Shown: positions 47,104 through 58,513, counted from the stretch's first letter. The stretch: 64,000 nt of DNA from an uncultured archaeon (GCA_000965745.1 CP009479.1:544001-608000); one strand, 5' to 3'. The notes: generated from the letters alone by a model not told the origin. Numbers and translations: made by a program.

Positions 47104-48492
47104 TTAATCCTTTTTCCACTTCCCGTACTTTTCTATGTGATCCCTCTTGACCCTCTTCATTTCATCTTCCGGGAGCTCAGAAAGAAGTTCCCAGCCGAGA
47201 TCAAGAGTCTGATCTATTGTCCTGTCCTCGTATATGTCCTGGTTAACATATTTCAGCTCGAAATCGTCTGCAAACTTCAGGTACTTCCTGTCGTTTGCGC
47301 CAAGTGCCTCCTCGCCTACAATCGCGCTTAGAGATCTCAGGTCTTTTCCACTTGCGTATGCTGAATATAGCTGGTCAGCAACTCCTCTGTGATCCTCTCG
47401 TGTTCTGCCCTTTCCTATTCCCTGGTTCATCAACCTGGAAAGTGAGGGGAGAACATCTATTCCGGGATATATTCCCTTCCTCTGCAGGTCTCTTGATAGC
47501 ACTGTCTGGCCTTCGGTAATGTATCCAGTAAGATCCGGGATCGGGTTCGTGATATCATCGCCCGGCATCGTCAGTATCGGGAGCTGTGTTATCGAGCCGT
47601 TCTTTCCCTTTATCTTTCCTGCTCTTTCGTAAATCGTGCTGAGGTCGGTATACATATAACCGGGATAGCCCCTCCTTCCGGGGACTTCTTCCCTTGCGGA
47701 TGATATTTCCCTCAACGCTTCACAGTAATTTGTCATATCCGTCAGAATGACTAGAATATGCATTCCCTCCTCGTATGCCAGATATTCGGCTGTTGTGAGT
47801 GCTACCCGTGGAAGCACGATTCTTTCCATGGACGGGTCTGATGAGAGATTCAGGAACATTACTGACCTGGCAATGGCCCCTGTGCTCCTGAACTCATTGA
47901 TGAAATAGTTTGCCTCTTCGCTGGTTATACCCATGGCACCGAATATGACAGCAAATCCCTCTTCTTTCCCAATCACCTTCGCCTGTCTTGCAATTTGTGC
48001 GGCAAGCTGGTTATGGGCGAGTCCTGAGGCTGAAAAGATTGGAAGCTTCTGCCCCCTTACCAGGGTGTTCATACCATCTATTGTTGATATTCCTGTCTGA
48101 ATGAACTCTGAGGGTTCTTCCCTTGAGTACGGATTTATTGAGTCCCCCACAATTTCGATTTTCTCTTTGCTGACTATCTCAGGACCGTTGTCTATAGGCT
48201 CACCGAGGCCGTTAAAGATCCTGCCCATCATGTCTCCCGAGATAGAAACTCTGGCAGTGCTGCCTGAAAACCTTATTCTTGTGTTCGTTGTGTCCATTCC
48301 GGAAGTTTGGCCAAATACCTGAACGATGGCCATTCCTTTCCTTGTGTCAAGAACCTGGCCTGTCCTCTTCTCACCGTTGCCCAGTGTTATTTCTACAAGC
48401 TCGTTGTAGGCGGCATTCGGCACACCTTCAACGAAGATAAGCGGCCCGCTTATTTCTGCAATTGACTTATAGCTGACTGACGGCATTTTCAC
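47104..48492 (-). CDS. atpB: A/V-type ATP synthase subunit B
   Basis: [43 protein letters not shown]. Confidence 0.98.
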   Translation of the reverse strand: MKMPSVSYKSIAEISGPLIFVEGVPNAAYNELVEITLGNGEKRTGQVLDTRKGMAIVQVFGQTSGMDTTNTRIRFSGSTARVSISGDMMGRIFNGLGEPIDNGPEIVSKEKIEIVGDSINPYSREEPSEFIQTGISTIDGMNTLVRGQKLPIFSASGLAHNQLAAQIARQAKVIGKEEGFAVIFGAMGITSEEANYFINEFRSTGAIARSVMFLNLSSDPSMERIVLPRVALTTAEYLAYEEGMHILVILTDMTNYCEALREISSAREEVPGRRGYPGYMYTDLSTIYERAGKIKGKNGSITQLPILTMPGDDITNPIPDLTGYITEGQTVLSRDLQRKGIYPGIDVLPSLSRLMNQGIGKGRTREDHRGVADQLYSAYASGKDLRSLSAIVGEEALGANDRKYLKFADDFELKYVNQDIYEDRTIDQTLDLGWELLSELPEDEMKRVKRDHIEKYGKWKKD

Positions 48493-51400
48493 TGCACCTC
48501 CAGAAGGCTGCTGAACTGGTTCTTGATGTCTGCCTGTATCTCGTTGTAGTAATCTTCAAAATTGTCATCCTTAATTTCCTTCATTCTCGAGATCTTTTGC
48601 CTGACGGGCAGGCTTTGAATTGCGTTCATTGAAAGACCCCTGTCTACAGATTCGGATTGTTTCCTTCCCAGTTTCAGTATTGAGTCAAGCATGAGGTACT
48701 GCTTCTTCATTGAGCAGTATGTGTCAACTTCATCGAAGGCGCTCTGCTGCAGGAAATCCTCCCTGATTGTCCTTGCAACATCAAGGACAGCTTTCTCCTT
48801 TTCCGGAAGTGCATCATACCCTACCAGCTGAACTACTTCCTGCAGTTCGGATTCTTTCTGCAGGATTCCCATAGCTTCAGAATAAAGATCATTCCAGTCC
48901 TTTGAGATGTTCTTCCCATACCATTCCTTCAGTGTGTCAAGATAGAGTGAGTAACTGTTCAGCCAGTTTATCGAGGGGAAATGCCTCCTTGAAGCCAGGG
49001 AGGAGTCAAGCGCCCAGAAAACCCTGGTAACACGGAGAGTGTTCTGCGAAACTGGCTCAGATATATCCCCTCCCGGAGGCGATACTGCACCTACGATAGT
49101 GATGGACCCCTGCCTTTCTCCTTCTGAAACAACAAGGGCGTTTCCAGATCTTTCATAGAACTCAGAAAGCCTTCGCCCGAGATAAGCAGGGTAGCCTTCT
49201 TCTCCGGGCATTTCTTCGAGCCTGCCTGAGATTTCCCTCAATGCCTCTGCCCATCTTGATGTGCTGTCTGCCATAAGGGCCACATCATAACCCATATCCC
49301 TGTAATACTCAGCTATCGTTATTCCTGTATAGATACTTGCTTCCCTGGCGGCTACAGGCATGTTTGATGTGTTTGCTATGAGAACTGTCCTCTCCATAAG
49401 CGGTCTTCCGCTCCTAGGGTCCTCAAGCTCTGGGAAAGTTGTAAGAATTTCAGTCATTTCGTTTCCTCTTTCCCCGCAACCAACGTAAACGACGATGTCA
49501 CTATCTGCCCACTTGGACAATTGATGCTGGACAACTGTGTTATGAAGAATAATTCCACCGTAGCCGCCGACAAAATTCATTCCATAATCCGGAAGCGAGA
49601 CATCGTAAACATCAAACGGGCCTGATATCTCTTCAATTTCAGCTATCCTGTCAAAAAATACATAGTCTAGGGAGCTAGCAAGGTTTTCAGGACTTTCTTC
49701 TTGAAGAAGATTTCCGGAGGATCTGCTGATCGCTTTTGAGGAACTCCTGAAGGTACCTGCCCCCATCTGTTCGACATTTCCGATGTAGTCTGATATCTCT
49801 ATGCCCTCACTGAGGTGTTCTGAGTATGCTGCATTTCGGTGAAGCTCACTGGTGACCTCTCCGGAAATAGGCACGATGTCTATGGAATCGTACGCGGAAT
49901 TTTTTCCTTTGACATAATCCGAAATTTTCTCCACCTTTATATGGTCTGTATTGAACAAGCTCAGCAGCTTACCAAGATTTGCGATTCCCCTGACACATAT
50001 ACTGTGGTAAACCCTGTCATTGTCATTCCTGGTTGCCATCGTATTCATTATTCCGTATCTGGAAAGGATGTAAGATAGCTGAGCTGATAGCCACTTACTT
50101 GCAGTGCCGAACTCTACCGTGCTATTGCTGAACGAGCCGCCACCCATGAAGTATGATATCATGAAAGAGGATATGCTGGAGTTGCCTGACCTCATAAGTA
50201 CGTCTGGGACCTTCCTGGAATATGCATTGTTTCCTGTTCCAAGAATTTCCAGGAAACCTACCAGAATTTTGCTGTGCAGGAGAACTTTCGGTATCTTTCC
50301 TTCCTGGCATTCCATCAAACCGATTATGCCGAAAAGATCGAATGCAAGTTTTTTGAACCTTTCGAGGAGTTTTTCGTCCCTGTTCGTAAATACTACTGTT
50401 TCGTTCCCGCGCACATAGCCTTGAGATATGTAGTATCCGAGGAATTCAGCCAGCCCATCGTTCATCTTTTCTGGAATCCGAACTGGAGTGCTTTTCCCAT
50501 CTCCGATGAGAAGCTTCGGGTGAGGTAGAGGTCTTGCCATCTTGGTGCATATCTCTTTGATCCAGGAGAGTTTTGGGTGCACGCTTTTTTCATTTCTGCC
50601 CAGGCTATGCTTTGTTATTGGAGGCAGATCTATAGTTATTCCTTTTGAATAGGATTCTTTCAGAAGTTGCCCTATGTATGTTTTGATGTCAGCGTCGAAT
50701 ACTCTGGCATTTCCCATTTCATAGATATCTATCGGCTGGTCCTTGGATTCTATCTCAGTATTCTTTGCAGAAACTATGTAATCTCCTACTGACAGATCTT
50801 TCGCCTGTGTTTCGACAATCTCTCCATCTCCATTCAATTTGAAAAGTTTATGGACTGGTGTCACCCTGGCCTCTCTTCCCGTCCTTGTCCTTACCCTCAC
50901 AACTGAATCGCTTTTTCCCTTGTAGAGAAGGGATGATTTGCTTTTCTTTATCTTGCCTTCAGTGAAAGAGAGCATTTCTATTGGTTTCTTGAGCCTAACA
51001 ATCTCTTCGTTACCTGATGTGGACCTCATTCCTCTGCTTTCATACCTTTCATAAAGCTCCTTTATCGGAATTACAGAACCATCACCCATAAGTAAAGGTG
51101 TATCTCCTGTTACGCACTTTCCACTTCCGAAAGGTCCCGGAACTGCCACCGTCCCTCCCTTTGCAACCGGGAAGAACGTGTCAATTACTCTCTGCCCTGT
51201 AATCAGTGGCGTCTCAGGCGGGAATTTCCTCAGCACTCTTCTGGCGCTTCTGACTGGCCATTCCTGTTTCAGCTTCAGTGGCACATCAGAGCCATTGTTT
51301 TCTGAAAGAGTGCCAAAGACATCACTCAGGGTGTAGTCTCCATCCTTTATCTCCTTAATCTTGCCGAATTTTCCGAATGGAACCATAACCTTGTGGGTTA

Positions 51401-51824
51401 TGATCCCGGTTTCCTGAACTTCACCTATTATCTGGCCTTCTTTGACTTCATCGCCAGGCTTGGCTGTCGCAGTGAAGTGCCATTTCTTTTTCTCATCCAG
51501 TGGTGGAGCTGTGTAACCTCTCCTGATGAAGTCTCCTGTCTGCTCTCTGATAACGTCAAGAGGCCTCTGAATACCATCATAGATGGACTTGAGAAGGCCT
51601 GGCCCCAATTCCACAGAGAGTGGTCTCCCTGTGGTTTCTATTTTCTCCCCTGGCCTCATGCCACTCGTGTCTTCATACACCTGAACAGTAACTTTTCCTC
51701 CGGATATCTTGATTATCTCGCCAACAAGTTCGAGGTCTCCTACTCTTACGACATCGTACATTCTGGCATTCTCTAGGTCTTCCGCGATTACGACTGGACC
51801 TGAAACACGAATTATCTTTCCCAT
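48489..51824 (-). CDS. atpA: A/V-type ATP synthase subunit A containing an intein
   Basis: GPFGSGK|intein|[30 protein letters not shown]; the spliced product would be 585 aa. Confidence 0.98.
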   Translation of the reverse strand: MGKIIRVSGPVVIAEDLENARMYDVVRVGDLELVGEIIKISGGKVTVQVYEDTSGMRPGEKIETTGRPLSVELGPGLLKSIYDGIQRPLDVIREQTGDFIRRGYTAPPLDEKKKWHFTATAKPGDEVKEGQIIGEVQETGIITHKVMVPFGKFGKIKEIKDGDYTLSDVFGTLSENNGSDVPLKLKQEWPVRSARRVLRKFPPETPLITGQRVIDTFFPVAKGGTVAVPGPFGSGKCVTGDTPLLMGDGSVIPIKELYERYESRGMRSTSGNEEIVRLKKPIEMLSFTEGKIKKSKSSLLYKGKSDSVVRVRTRTGREARVTPVHKLFKLNGDGEIVETQAKDLSVGDYIVSAKNTEIESKDQPIDIYEMGNARVFDADIKTYIGQLLKESYSKGITIDLPPITKHSLGRNEKSVHPKLSWIKEICTKMARPLPHPKLLIGDGKSTPVRIPEKMNDGLAEFLGYYISQGYVRGNETVVFTNRDEKLLERFKKLAFDLFGIIGLMECQEGKIPKVLLHSKILVGFLEILGTGNNAYSRKVPDVLMRSGNSSISSFMISYFMGGGSFSNSTVEFGTASKWLSAQLSYILSRYGIMNTMATRNDNDRVYHSICVRGIANLGKLLSLFNTDHIKVEKISDYVKGKNSAYDSIDIVPISGEVTSELHRNAAYSEHLSEGIEISDYIGNVEQMGAGTFRSSSKAISRSSGNLLQEESPENLASSLDYVFFDRIAEIEEISGPFDVYDVSLPDYGMNFVGGYGGIILHNTVVQHQLSKWADSDIVVYVGCGERGNEMTEILTTFPELEDPRSGRPLMERTVLIANTSNMPVAAREASIYTGITIAEYYRDMGYDVALMADSTSRWAEALREISGRLEEMPGEEGYPAYLGRRLSEFYERSGNALVVSEGERQGSITIVGAVSPPGGDISEPVSQNTLRVTRVFWALDSSLASRRHFPSINWLNSYSLYLDTLKEWYGKNISKDWNDLYSEAMGILQKESELQEVVQLVGYDALPEKEKAVLDVARTIREDFLQQSAFDEVDTYCSMKKQYLMLDSILKLGRKQSESVDRGLSMNAIQSLPVRQKISRMKEIKDDNFEDYYNEIQADIKNQFSSLLEVQ
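49539..51116 (-). mobile_element. intein (526 aa) in the P-loop of subunit A, with a degenerate LAGLIDADG endonuclease
   Basis: Starts CVTGDT; block B VTPVHKLF; ends VYDVSLP..NFVGG.GGIILHN followed by Thr. Confidence 0.95.
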
Positions 51825-51828
51825 TTTT

Positions 51829-52152
51829 TCACCCGCTGATATCTACTCCAAGAATTCTCTTTGCAAGCTCCGAGACCGATTCCTCCTCCTTTCCGCCTGG
51901 AAGGGGAATAAAAACCACTAGTGGGTTCGTGGAAGTCTCTATTGTATCCAACATCTTTCTGTCCATATCACTTTTTATGTTTTCTGAAGCCATAATAAGT
52001 GAGTATTTTTTTGATTTGTAAAGTTCAAGGAGCTTCTCAACTCCCTTCTTTCCTTCAGCCATGAAGGAATTCTCGACACCTATGAGCCTGAATCCTAGAA
52101 CCAAGGCACGCTCGCCCACTACAGCTATGTTTCCAACCTGCTCTTTTGCCAT
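51829..52152 (-). CDS. atpF: A/V-type ATP synthase subunit F
   Basis: IAVVGE, LGFRLIGV, KRILGVDI. Confidence 0.94.
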   Translation of the reverse strand: MAKEQVGNIAVVGERALVLGFRLIGVENSFMAEGKKGVEKLLELYKSKKYSLIMASENIKSDMDRKMLDTIETSTNPLVVFIPLPGGKEEESVSELAKRILGVDISG

Positions 52153-52159
52153 TAAGCAC

Positions 52160-53221
52160 CTACCTCAGAATTATTATGTTGCCCAGTTTTTCAGGGTCAA
52201 GCTTGTACGTCTTTGCATACACAATTGAATGTAAATTCTCCCTTTCTATTTCAGCCCTCAGGAGAAGTGAGAAGATCGAACCTATCGAGAGGGATTGTGA
52301 TTCGAAGGTTGGAAGGTATTTTTCAAGCCTTTCCTTTTTCATTCTGGTGTCGAACTGCCCCAGAGTTCCCTCTAGGTTGTAGACCCTGAGTTCCTCTTCA
52401 AAATTATACCTGTCCTTAAGCCTTGCAAGAACATCTTCAACAGTCGGAAGTGAGAACAGTTCCTTCAGATCGTCCATTGACAATGTGCCTCCAGGTATCA
52501 CAAAGCTGGAGATCCGGTCAACCCCCACATCAAGGTCCTTTGCCTTAAGCAGCACCATTATGTTATTGCTGTCAATTTCCTCCCTGAAGAATCTGATCAG
52601 TGGGCCCTCATCCCCATTGTAGAACTTGAGCAGGGACATGAGCCTGGAATAATAGAATGCGTCAAGGGATGAATAAAGCATTGAAACATCTTTTGTCTTT
52701 CTGTAAATCTCCAGATGCTGAAGAATAGGCTGGTACCCGAATTTAAGAAGATAGTTTATCATGTCTTCTATTGAGCCCATTGAGAGCATGATCCTGAAGT
52801 CCTCATGGCTCATTGTTCCACCAAAAATGCCCATGGGAACATCCCTGAAGCTTATGAGGAAAGCCTCGGACTCTTTTATTGTATACCCGAGGTATTTCGA
52901 AGACATTATTGACTTTATATTCTGGATGTCCCATTTTGAGAGGTACGCCTTGATGAGGTCTTTTGATGCTGGTGGGGGCGCAAAAAGGGCAACCTTGTTT
53001 TTTGTTATCAGATGCCTGTTTATTGCCATCTCTAGAAGCACAGGGTTCTTGTAGAGGGCAGAAAGGGCATCAATGTCCTCCCTGTATGAAGTGTTGTACA
53101 ACTGCCTTGTTATCTCCTCCAGATCGTCGATGTGCTTAAGGTCCTCGACGAAAGAAGGTCTAAGAAAATCGGTTGTGTAAGCCTTTATACGGCCATACGC
53201 TCCTGCATAGGTAGGGTCCAT
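52160..53221 (-). CDS. atpC: A/V-type ATP synthase subunit C (d)
   Basis: YGRIKA, KWDIQNIK, EIDSNNI, EIERENL; operon position. Confidence 0.93.
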   Translation of the reverse strand: MDPTYAGAYGRIKAYTTDFLRPSFVEDLKHIDDLEEITRQLYNTSYREDIDALSALYKNPVLLEMAINRHLITKNKVALFAPPPASKDLIKAYLSKWDIQNIKSIMSSKYLGYTIKESEAFLISFRDVPMGIFGGTMSHEDFRIMLSMGSIEDMINYLLKFGYQPILQHLEIYRKTKDVSMLYSSLDAFYYSRLMSLLKFYNGDEGPLIRFFREEIDSNNIMVLLKAKDLDVGVDRISSFVIPGGTLSMDDLKELFSLPTVEDVLARLKDRYNFEEELRVYNLEGTLGQFDTRMKKERLEKYLPTFESQSLSIGSIFSLLLRAEIERENLHSIVYAKTYKLDPEKLGNIIILR

Positions 53222-53787
53222 TAATCCTCTCCCAGATGTTTTACAAATTCAAGGGATATTTTCTCCCTAAGATCGTCCATAACAGTTCCGATGGTCAGAT
53301 CAAGCTCTCTATTTCCATCTGAAGATTCTGCTATTATCCCGGGCTCCTTGATATGATCCTTGGCGATCCTTATCCTGTTCATGTCCTGAAGAAATGATAG
53401 GTCTGCCTTTCTTGCATGAACAATACAGTTTTCGCCAAGTATCTCCATGCTGAGATTGACCATCTTCCTGAGTATCTGAGAATATTCCCTGGTGTCTGCA
53501 ATATTTCTAAGGAAAAAATCTGCTCGTTGCAGTGCATTATTCATAAGCTGAGAAATCTTTTCTCTTTCCAGGCCTTTGGCCTCCATTTTGGCGAGTTCCA
53601 CCTCCCTCCCCCTTAGGGCCCTGGAATCCTCTTCCAATTTCCTGGAGTAATACGCCTCAAGCCTCTGAAGCTCTTCTTCAACCTCTGAGTTCACACTGCC
53701 GATCTTGGTTTCGTACTCTTCGGAGATCTTCTTGATCTCCTGGTCCTTCCTTTTTTCCACTTCCTGTAGAATGTCCTCAAGAGGCAT
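53221..53787 (-). CDS. atpE: A/V-type ATP synthase subunit E
   Basis: MPLEDIL coiled-coil N-terminus; GIIAESSDG..ELDLT C-terminus. Confidence 0.9.
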   Translation of the reverse strand: MPLEDILQEVEKRKDQEIKKISEEYETKIGSVNSEVEEELQRLEAYYSRKLEEDSRALRGREVELAKMEAKGLEREKISQLMNNALQRADFFLRNIADTREYSQILRKMVNLSMEILGENCIVHARKADLSFLQDMNRIRIAKDHIKEPGIIAESSDGNRELDLTIGTVMDDLREKISLEFVKHLGED

Positions 53788-53798
53788 TGTCCGAACCT

Positions 53799-54029
53799 CT
53801 AGAAAATTCTCAACAGCAGAATTATACCCAGAATAAATCCAATTATCCAAAGCGTCTCCGGAATAACGAAAAAGAACAGAACCTGGCCGAACTTCTCCGG
53901 CTTTTCTGCAATGATTCCCATTCCGGCAGCTCCGATTCCCTGCTGAGCCATTCCAGTTCCGATCAGACCGCCGGCTATTGAAATGGATGCAGCTATAGCG
54001 AGTAAAGCTGACGTGTAATCAACTGCCAT
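53799..54029 (-). CDS. atpK: A-type ATP synthase proteolipid subunit K (c)
   Basis: Single hairpin, GIGAAGMGIIAEKPE, IPETLW. Confidence 0.95.
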   Translation of the reverse strand: MAVDYTSALLAIAASISIAGGLIGTGMAQQGIGAAGMGIIAEKPEKFGQVLFFFVIPETLWIIGFILGIILLLRIF

Positions 54030-54363
54030 TTAATTTTCACCGAACTATCATTGAAGTGGGTTATATAAAAGTGATCTGCATATACGCAAAATTAGCTCAT
54101 ATTCAGGACCCCAACAACTATCCATAAAGGTATAGATACCTTATCAGTAAGGGATGAAAAAAAGGATGTATTTAACAATTATAAATTTAGAAGAATTTCT
54201 ATTGTTTAAACCCTGAAACGCGGGTTACTCGTAACATTCTCCAGATCATTCCCAATTTCAAATCTCATTAAAATATTGATTGGAATCGGTAATGAATTCC
54301 GACAAATGTTAAATAAACCAGAAGTGTTTAGCCAGATATTACCCCTGGCAGGTGCTAAAAATC

Positions 54364-54603
54364 ATGAATAGCAGCATTGAATCGCTTAAATCAGGCGTTC
54401 TGACATTTCTCACTCAGAACAACAGGAGCGGCTTTACAGAGAATCAGATTCTTACGGCATTCTTCGGGAGTCCGGAAAAAGCTTCAGATGAGGACAGGAA
54501 TGAAATAAGTTCCATACTGGAATCCCTAGTAGAAGGAAAAGCTATCTCCAAGAGTACATTAAGCACGAAGTCCGGGATGAAAACATACTACAAAGGATTT
54601 TGA
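54364..54603 (+). CDS. small hypothetical protein, possibly winged-helix
   Basis: FTENQIL...ILESLVEGKAISKS...KTYY pattern; AGGTG upstream of the ATG. Confidence 0.6.
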   Translation: MNSSIESLKSGVLTFLTQNNRSGFTENQILTAFFGSPEKASDEDRNEISSILESLVEGKAISKSTLSTKSGMKTYYKGF

Positions 54604-54607
54604 ACAA

Positions 54608-55153
54608 TCAGGGCCCGAGCTTTACCCTGCTAGCCCTTGAACTGTTTATCCTGCTTTTTCCTGACGGGTCTTCAATGATCATTGTCATTTCGGGTGCGTT
54701 CCCGTTCAGGATCCCCTCCAGGACATTTCTTATTTTTTCCATTTTCTCAGGATCTTCCGCGTCTTCACCTATGATATCCAGTTTCTCAAGGATCCTGCTA
54801 AGTATCCCCTCGACCGTTGTGATCTCGCCTGTGGCTGACTTACCGGGAAGCACTTCTGCTTCTATCTCCGGAATCTGCAAAACGGCCTCTGTCGATCTGT
54901 AGACAACAACGCGGAGGTCGTCCTGGCTCCTCAGCTTAAGGGTTGTCCTCACCGGATCTCGCCGCTCCATAGGTGCTACAGCACTCTGTTTGAAAAGGCA
55001 TGACTTGCAGTAATAGGTCTCGATACTCACACCTTCCTCGTATGCTATCTGAGTGTTGTAGAATATCAGGTAAAGGTCTTCCCCGCAAGACGGGCATTTG
55101 AGATTTGTCTGAAATTCCTGGGGAATCTCCTCGTCTTCATCCATCTTGCTCAC
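54608..55153 (-). CDS. ZPR1-type zinc finger protein
   Basis: CPSCG, CKSC, VVYRS, ITTVEG, IEDPSGKS; GTG start overlapping the fni stop (alternatives 55144, 55174). Confidence 0.9.
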   Translation of the reverse strand: MSKMDEDEEIPQEFQTNLKCPSCGEDLYLIFYNTQIAYEEGVSIETYYCKSCLFKQSAVAPMERRDPVRTTLKLRSQDDLRVVVYRSTEAVLQIPEIEAEVLPGKSATGEITTVEGILSRILEKLDIIGEDAEDPEKMEKIRNVLEGILNGNAPEMTMIIEDPSGKSRINSSRASRVKLGP

Positions 55154-56202
55154 TTCCGATAATAGTTGAACCATGACTTAAGCGGTTCAGTGATGAAGAG
55201 CCTGGCATTCCTCAAATCCTCAACATTTTTTGAAGCAGTGAGGAACATTGCAATCTTGAAATCACGGATTAGAAATGATATCTGTTTTTTCAGTTCGTCG
55301 AAAGATGTGTCTGCATTCTTCAGTAGATGCCTTGCAAAGCCTCCAGCAGTGGCGCCTACCATTACAGCCTTGGCAAGATCAAGGCCATTTCTCAAGCCTC
55401 CGCTACCTATAACGGGCAACCCCAGAAGACAGTGGTTTATTGCTGCAGGTGAAGGAATGCCCCAGTTCCAGAAGGATAGACCGGTGTGCATTTTCTCTTC
55501 GTCGTTTGAGCTTTTGGCCCTGTAATACTCTATTGCTGCAAATGATGTCCCGCCAAGGCCTCCCACATCTATGGCCTTCACACCTGCGTCCTTAAGCTGA
55601 ATGGCAGCTTCCCTGGATATGCCGTTCCCGGTCTCCTTTGCTATGACTGGGTAGCTTTGCGCTATCTCCGAAACCCTTTTCAGTATTCCCTCAGAATTTC
55701 TGTCTCCCTCAGGCTGCACCATTTCCTGAAGGAAGTTGAAGTGAACAATAAGAAAATCCGCATTTATCAGGTTGAAAACGTATTCTATATCCTTGTCTGT
55801 GAATGCCGGTTTCCCCTGCTTGATAAGCTGGGGGGCACCTATGTTTGCTATTCTTGCCCTCATCTTGTAATCATTTATCACCGAGAAGGTGTCCGCAAGC
55901 TCCTTTTTCTCCACTGCGGCCCTCATGCTTCCCACTCCCATGGCAAGGCCGAACTCTTCTGCTGCAGCCGCGAGGTTTGAGTTTATCTTCTTGGCCAGCT
56001 GTGTCCCACCGGTCATAGAAGATATTATGATGGGATAGTCAAGTTTCTTTCCAAGCAGGCCTACGGAGGTGTCAATATTGTCAAAATCCACCTCGGGGAG
56101 GGGCTGATGAATAACGTGGATGTCATCCCAGTAATTATGGTCAGAAGTGACAGTCTCATTTTCCGCGATTCTTATGTGTTCCGTCTTTCTGTTTTCTATC
56201 AT
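55150..56202 (-). CDS. fni: type 2 isopentenyl-diphosphate delta-isomerase
   Basis: RKTEH, SSMTGG, GVGSMR, QEMVQPEGD, KETGNG, GGTSF, SGGLRNG. Confidence 0.97.
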   Translation of the reverse strand: MIENRKTEHIRIAENETVTSDHNYWDDIHVIHQPLPEVDFDNIDTSVGLLGKKLDYPIIISSMTGGTQLAKKINSNLAAAAEEFGLAMGVGSMRAAVEKKELADTFSVINDYKMRARIANIGAPQLIKQGKPAFTDKDIEYVFNLINADFLIVHFNFLQEMVQPEGDRNSEGILKRVSEIAQSYPVIAKETGNGISREAAIQLKDAGVKAIDVGGLGGTSFAAIEYYRAKSSNDEEKMHTGLSFWNWGIPSPAAINHCLLGLPVIGSGGLRNGLDLAKAVMVGATAGGFARHLLKNADTSFDELKKQISFLIRDFKIAMFLTASKNVEDLRNARLFITEPLKSWFNYYRK

Positions 56203-56933
56203 GATATCATTGTTCCCAGGAAGTCTTTGGTTCCTATTTCCCTGAGCCTTTCCGGCTTAGCCCCGTTCAACATATATATTTCGGGTACAAATTCTTTCAT
56301 CTTTTTCATTGTCTCAATTTTCCTCTTGATTCCACCGGTAACATCTGCGGCACTCAATTCGAACGTTGCATCGTCATATATGCTCCTGAGGAGCCTGGCA
56401 TCCTTGTGCAGCTTAGGGTTCTTATCATAGAGGCCGTCTACATCACTCACAAAAATCGCCCGCTCAGGCCTCAGCCTTTCCGATAGATCAAGCATAATCT
56501 GATCTCCCGAATATATGCCGAACTCATTCCCTCCCATCAGGTATACATCTCCGAAACTGACTGGAGTCATGCCAGCATCAAGGTAGGCGTCGAATATGTC
56601 GTAATCTCTTCTGTTTCCAAGGATATATGAGGATGGAGGTATGGAGACTGCACTTATTCCGTTCTCGATAAGAATGGAAGTTACCATCTGGTTCAGTTCC
56701 ACCATGTCATTATGTATGATAGCTGCTCCAATTCTTCTTTTTTCAGTTATCCCTCCGGGGAGCTCATACTCTCTTGCCATTATGTGTCCAAAGGAACCGC
56801 CGCCGTGAACGACAATCATTGTTTCGTCCATGTCTGCGAGTTCTTTTATTATGTGCTCAGTAATTCTTTTCCTGAACGTCTTGTATCTAGATTTGTCTGT
56901 TATGATGCTTCCTCCGAGCTTTATTATGATCAT
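56199..56933 (-). CDS. ipk: isopentenyl phosphate kinase
   Basis: IKLGGSIITDK, HGGGSFGH, SGD, DVDG, DVTGG; adjacent to fni. Confidence 0.93.
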   Translation of the reverse strand: MIIIKLGGSIITDKSRYKTFRKRITEHIIKELADMDETMIVVHGGGSFGHIMAREYELPGGITEKRRIGAAIIHNDMVELNQMVTSILIENGISAVSIPPSSYILGNRRDYDIFDAYLDAGMTPVSFGDVYLMGGNEFGIYSGDQIMLDLSERLRPERAIFVSDVDGLYDKNPKLHKDARLLRSIYDDATFELSAADVTGGIKRKIETMKKMKEFVPEIYMLNGAKPERLREIGTKDFLGTMIS

Positions 56934-57005
56934 TTGCTGCCACTATCGTATAAATTCAACATATTTATTGTTTGGATTGCGATCTTGCGTGAGATGGGGA
57001 CAGGC

Positions 57006-58238
57006 TCATGCTGCGCTACCCTGTTTACCGGTTCTTTTGAGGCTTCTTATGAATTCACCTTTCATGTTGCCGCTTATGATGATATAAGATGTGAAAAACA
57101 GAGCTGCGGATGGCAATCCGGCTACTGCACCAAGGAGCCAGTTTCCATTTCCGACATAGAACACCGCCAATGGCGGGTACTGCGTAGAAAACTGTGCGAC
57201 ATGAATCGCTGAAATGCTAGGCATTAGCTCCAAAAAAACTGTGGAAAGAGCGGCAGAGAAATAGATTATTGGCAGTGATGCAAGAAAAGCAAGTGTGAGT
57301 ATTTTCCGCCCTCTTCCATTCGTGAAGCCCATTGGTAGAATGGCTATAGATGCGATCTTCATGAGTGTCGGGGTGATCACAATGATGGGGCTGATGTCCC
57401 CCAAATTCCCTGTGATATGCAGATTGATTGGTAATGTAGTTACACGCGGAATCCCCATGGGTATTGGAATGAGCATCTGAGCCGCCACGATATCTGCCAG
57501 AATGAAAAGTGATAGGGCGATGGCTATAGGTGCTGTATTCTTTCTAGACAGTAGTTTCCTAGAAGAAATTATGAGCACTAGTGCGTAAATGAATAGCGCC
57601 AATGCTATTGATCCTGCATCATTTACCGCACTTCCTCCCCCTATCGGTATCTGCATGTATGGAAAGTTGAAGAACGGCGTCATCAAGGCCACAATTCCAA
57701 GCAATACAAAGGCTCTGCTGATTGGGTTCTGAGGATAGGCAACAATTGGGGAATCCTCTTCCCGTATGAAAAATTCAGAGTACATACTGGGAACTGACAG
57801 CACAACAGGCATATCCCTTATCCGTCTCTTTCCAAGACTTAGAATGATCTTTTGGATTTCTTTTTCAGAAATCTGCCCCCCTTCAATATAATTAATGAAG
57901 ATGAAGGGTCTTCCTGTTTCCCCAGTTTTACGTCTTCTCGCGCCCACTTTGAGACCTCTGGCATTTCTGACCAGTAATACATCCTCTTTTTCAGATTTCA
58001 GTTTGAGTGCTATGAAGGCAGCCGCAGTGCTCCTCTTGGATTCCTTGTAGGAATCTATCAGGAAGATGTTCTTTTTGTCATTGTTTTGTTCCCATTCCAG
58101 TATATCTTTGCATATCGAATCAAGAGATGTTGATTCCCTGAATGCTAGGCTGCGAATGCTGTCTACGTTTACTGAGAAATAATCGTAAAGATTCTCATTC
58201 ATACTATTATCGAGCGTGTCAAGAAAATCTATTTCCAA
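57006..58238 (-). CDS. hypothetical membrane protein (soluble N-terminal domain, multi-TM C-terminal domain)
   Basis: About 170-aa hydrophilic N-terminus followed by about 6 hydrophobic segments. Confidence 0.7.
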   Translation of the reverse strand: MEIDFLDTLDNSMNENLYDYFSVNVDSIRSLAFRESTSLDSICKDILEWEQNNDKKNIFLIDSYKESKRSTAAAFIALKLKSEKEDVLLVRNARGLKVGARRRKTGETGRPFIFINYIEGGQISEKEIQKIILSLGKRRIRDMPVVLSVPSMYSEFFIREEDSPIVAYPQNPISRAFVLLGIVALMTPFFNFPYMQIPIGGGSAVNDAGSIALALFIYALVLIISSRKLLSRKNTAPIAIALSLFILADIVAAQMLIPIPMGIPRVTTLPINLHITGNLGDISPIIVITPTLMKIASIAILPMGFTNGRGRKILTLAFLASLPIIYFSAALSTVFLELMPSISAIHVAQFSTQYPPLAVFYVGNGNWLLGAVAGLPSAALFFTSYIIISGNMKGEFIRSLKRTGKQGSAA

Positions 58239-58392
58239 AACCTGGTCTCCCCATGCCTTTGTAGTGTCATAACATATTTAGGTATAAACACCTGACGAGG
58301 GTCTACGGGCAGATGAGACAAAAGGATAATGCATTCTATTCCGAACAAATTTATAATGGACCTTCTAATAACGTTCTTACTGCAATTTGCAG

Positions 58393-58464
58393 GGGCCGGT
58401 AGATCAGCGGTAGATCGCCTGCTTTGCAAGCAGGAGGTCTCGGGTTCAAATCCCGACCGGTCCA
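58393..58464 (+). tRNA. tRNA-Ala(UGC)
   Basis: Acceptor stem GGGCCGG/CCGGTCC with G3:U70, anticodon arm CCTGC-TTTGCAA-GCAGG, GGTTCAAATCC T-arm; CCA not encoded. Confidence 0.97.
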
Positions 58465-58513
58465 TTTAATCTATTAATCGAATACTTTTTATCTCGCCAC
58501 TCGTTATGTTCTC

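Noticed and set aside
43898-54029. Permuted ATP synthase gene order (K first, H-I last) as a novelty
   Set aside because: Matches the order recalled for Thermoplasmatales, so it is not new.
54030-54350. AT-rich gap upstream of atpK as a replication origin
   Set aside because: No ORB-like repeats seen and no cdc6 gene nearby; explained by divergent promoters.
58229-58465. 78-aa minus-strand ORF
   Set aside because: Antisense shadow of tRNA-Ala.
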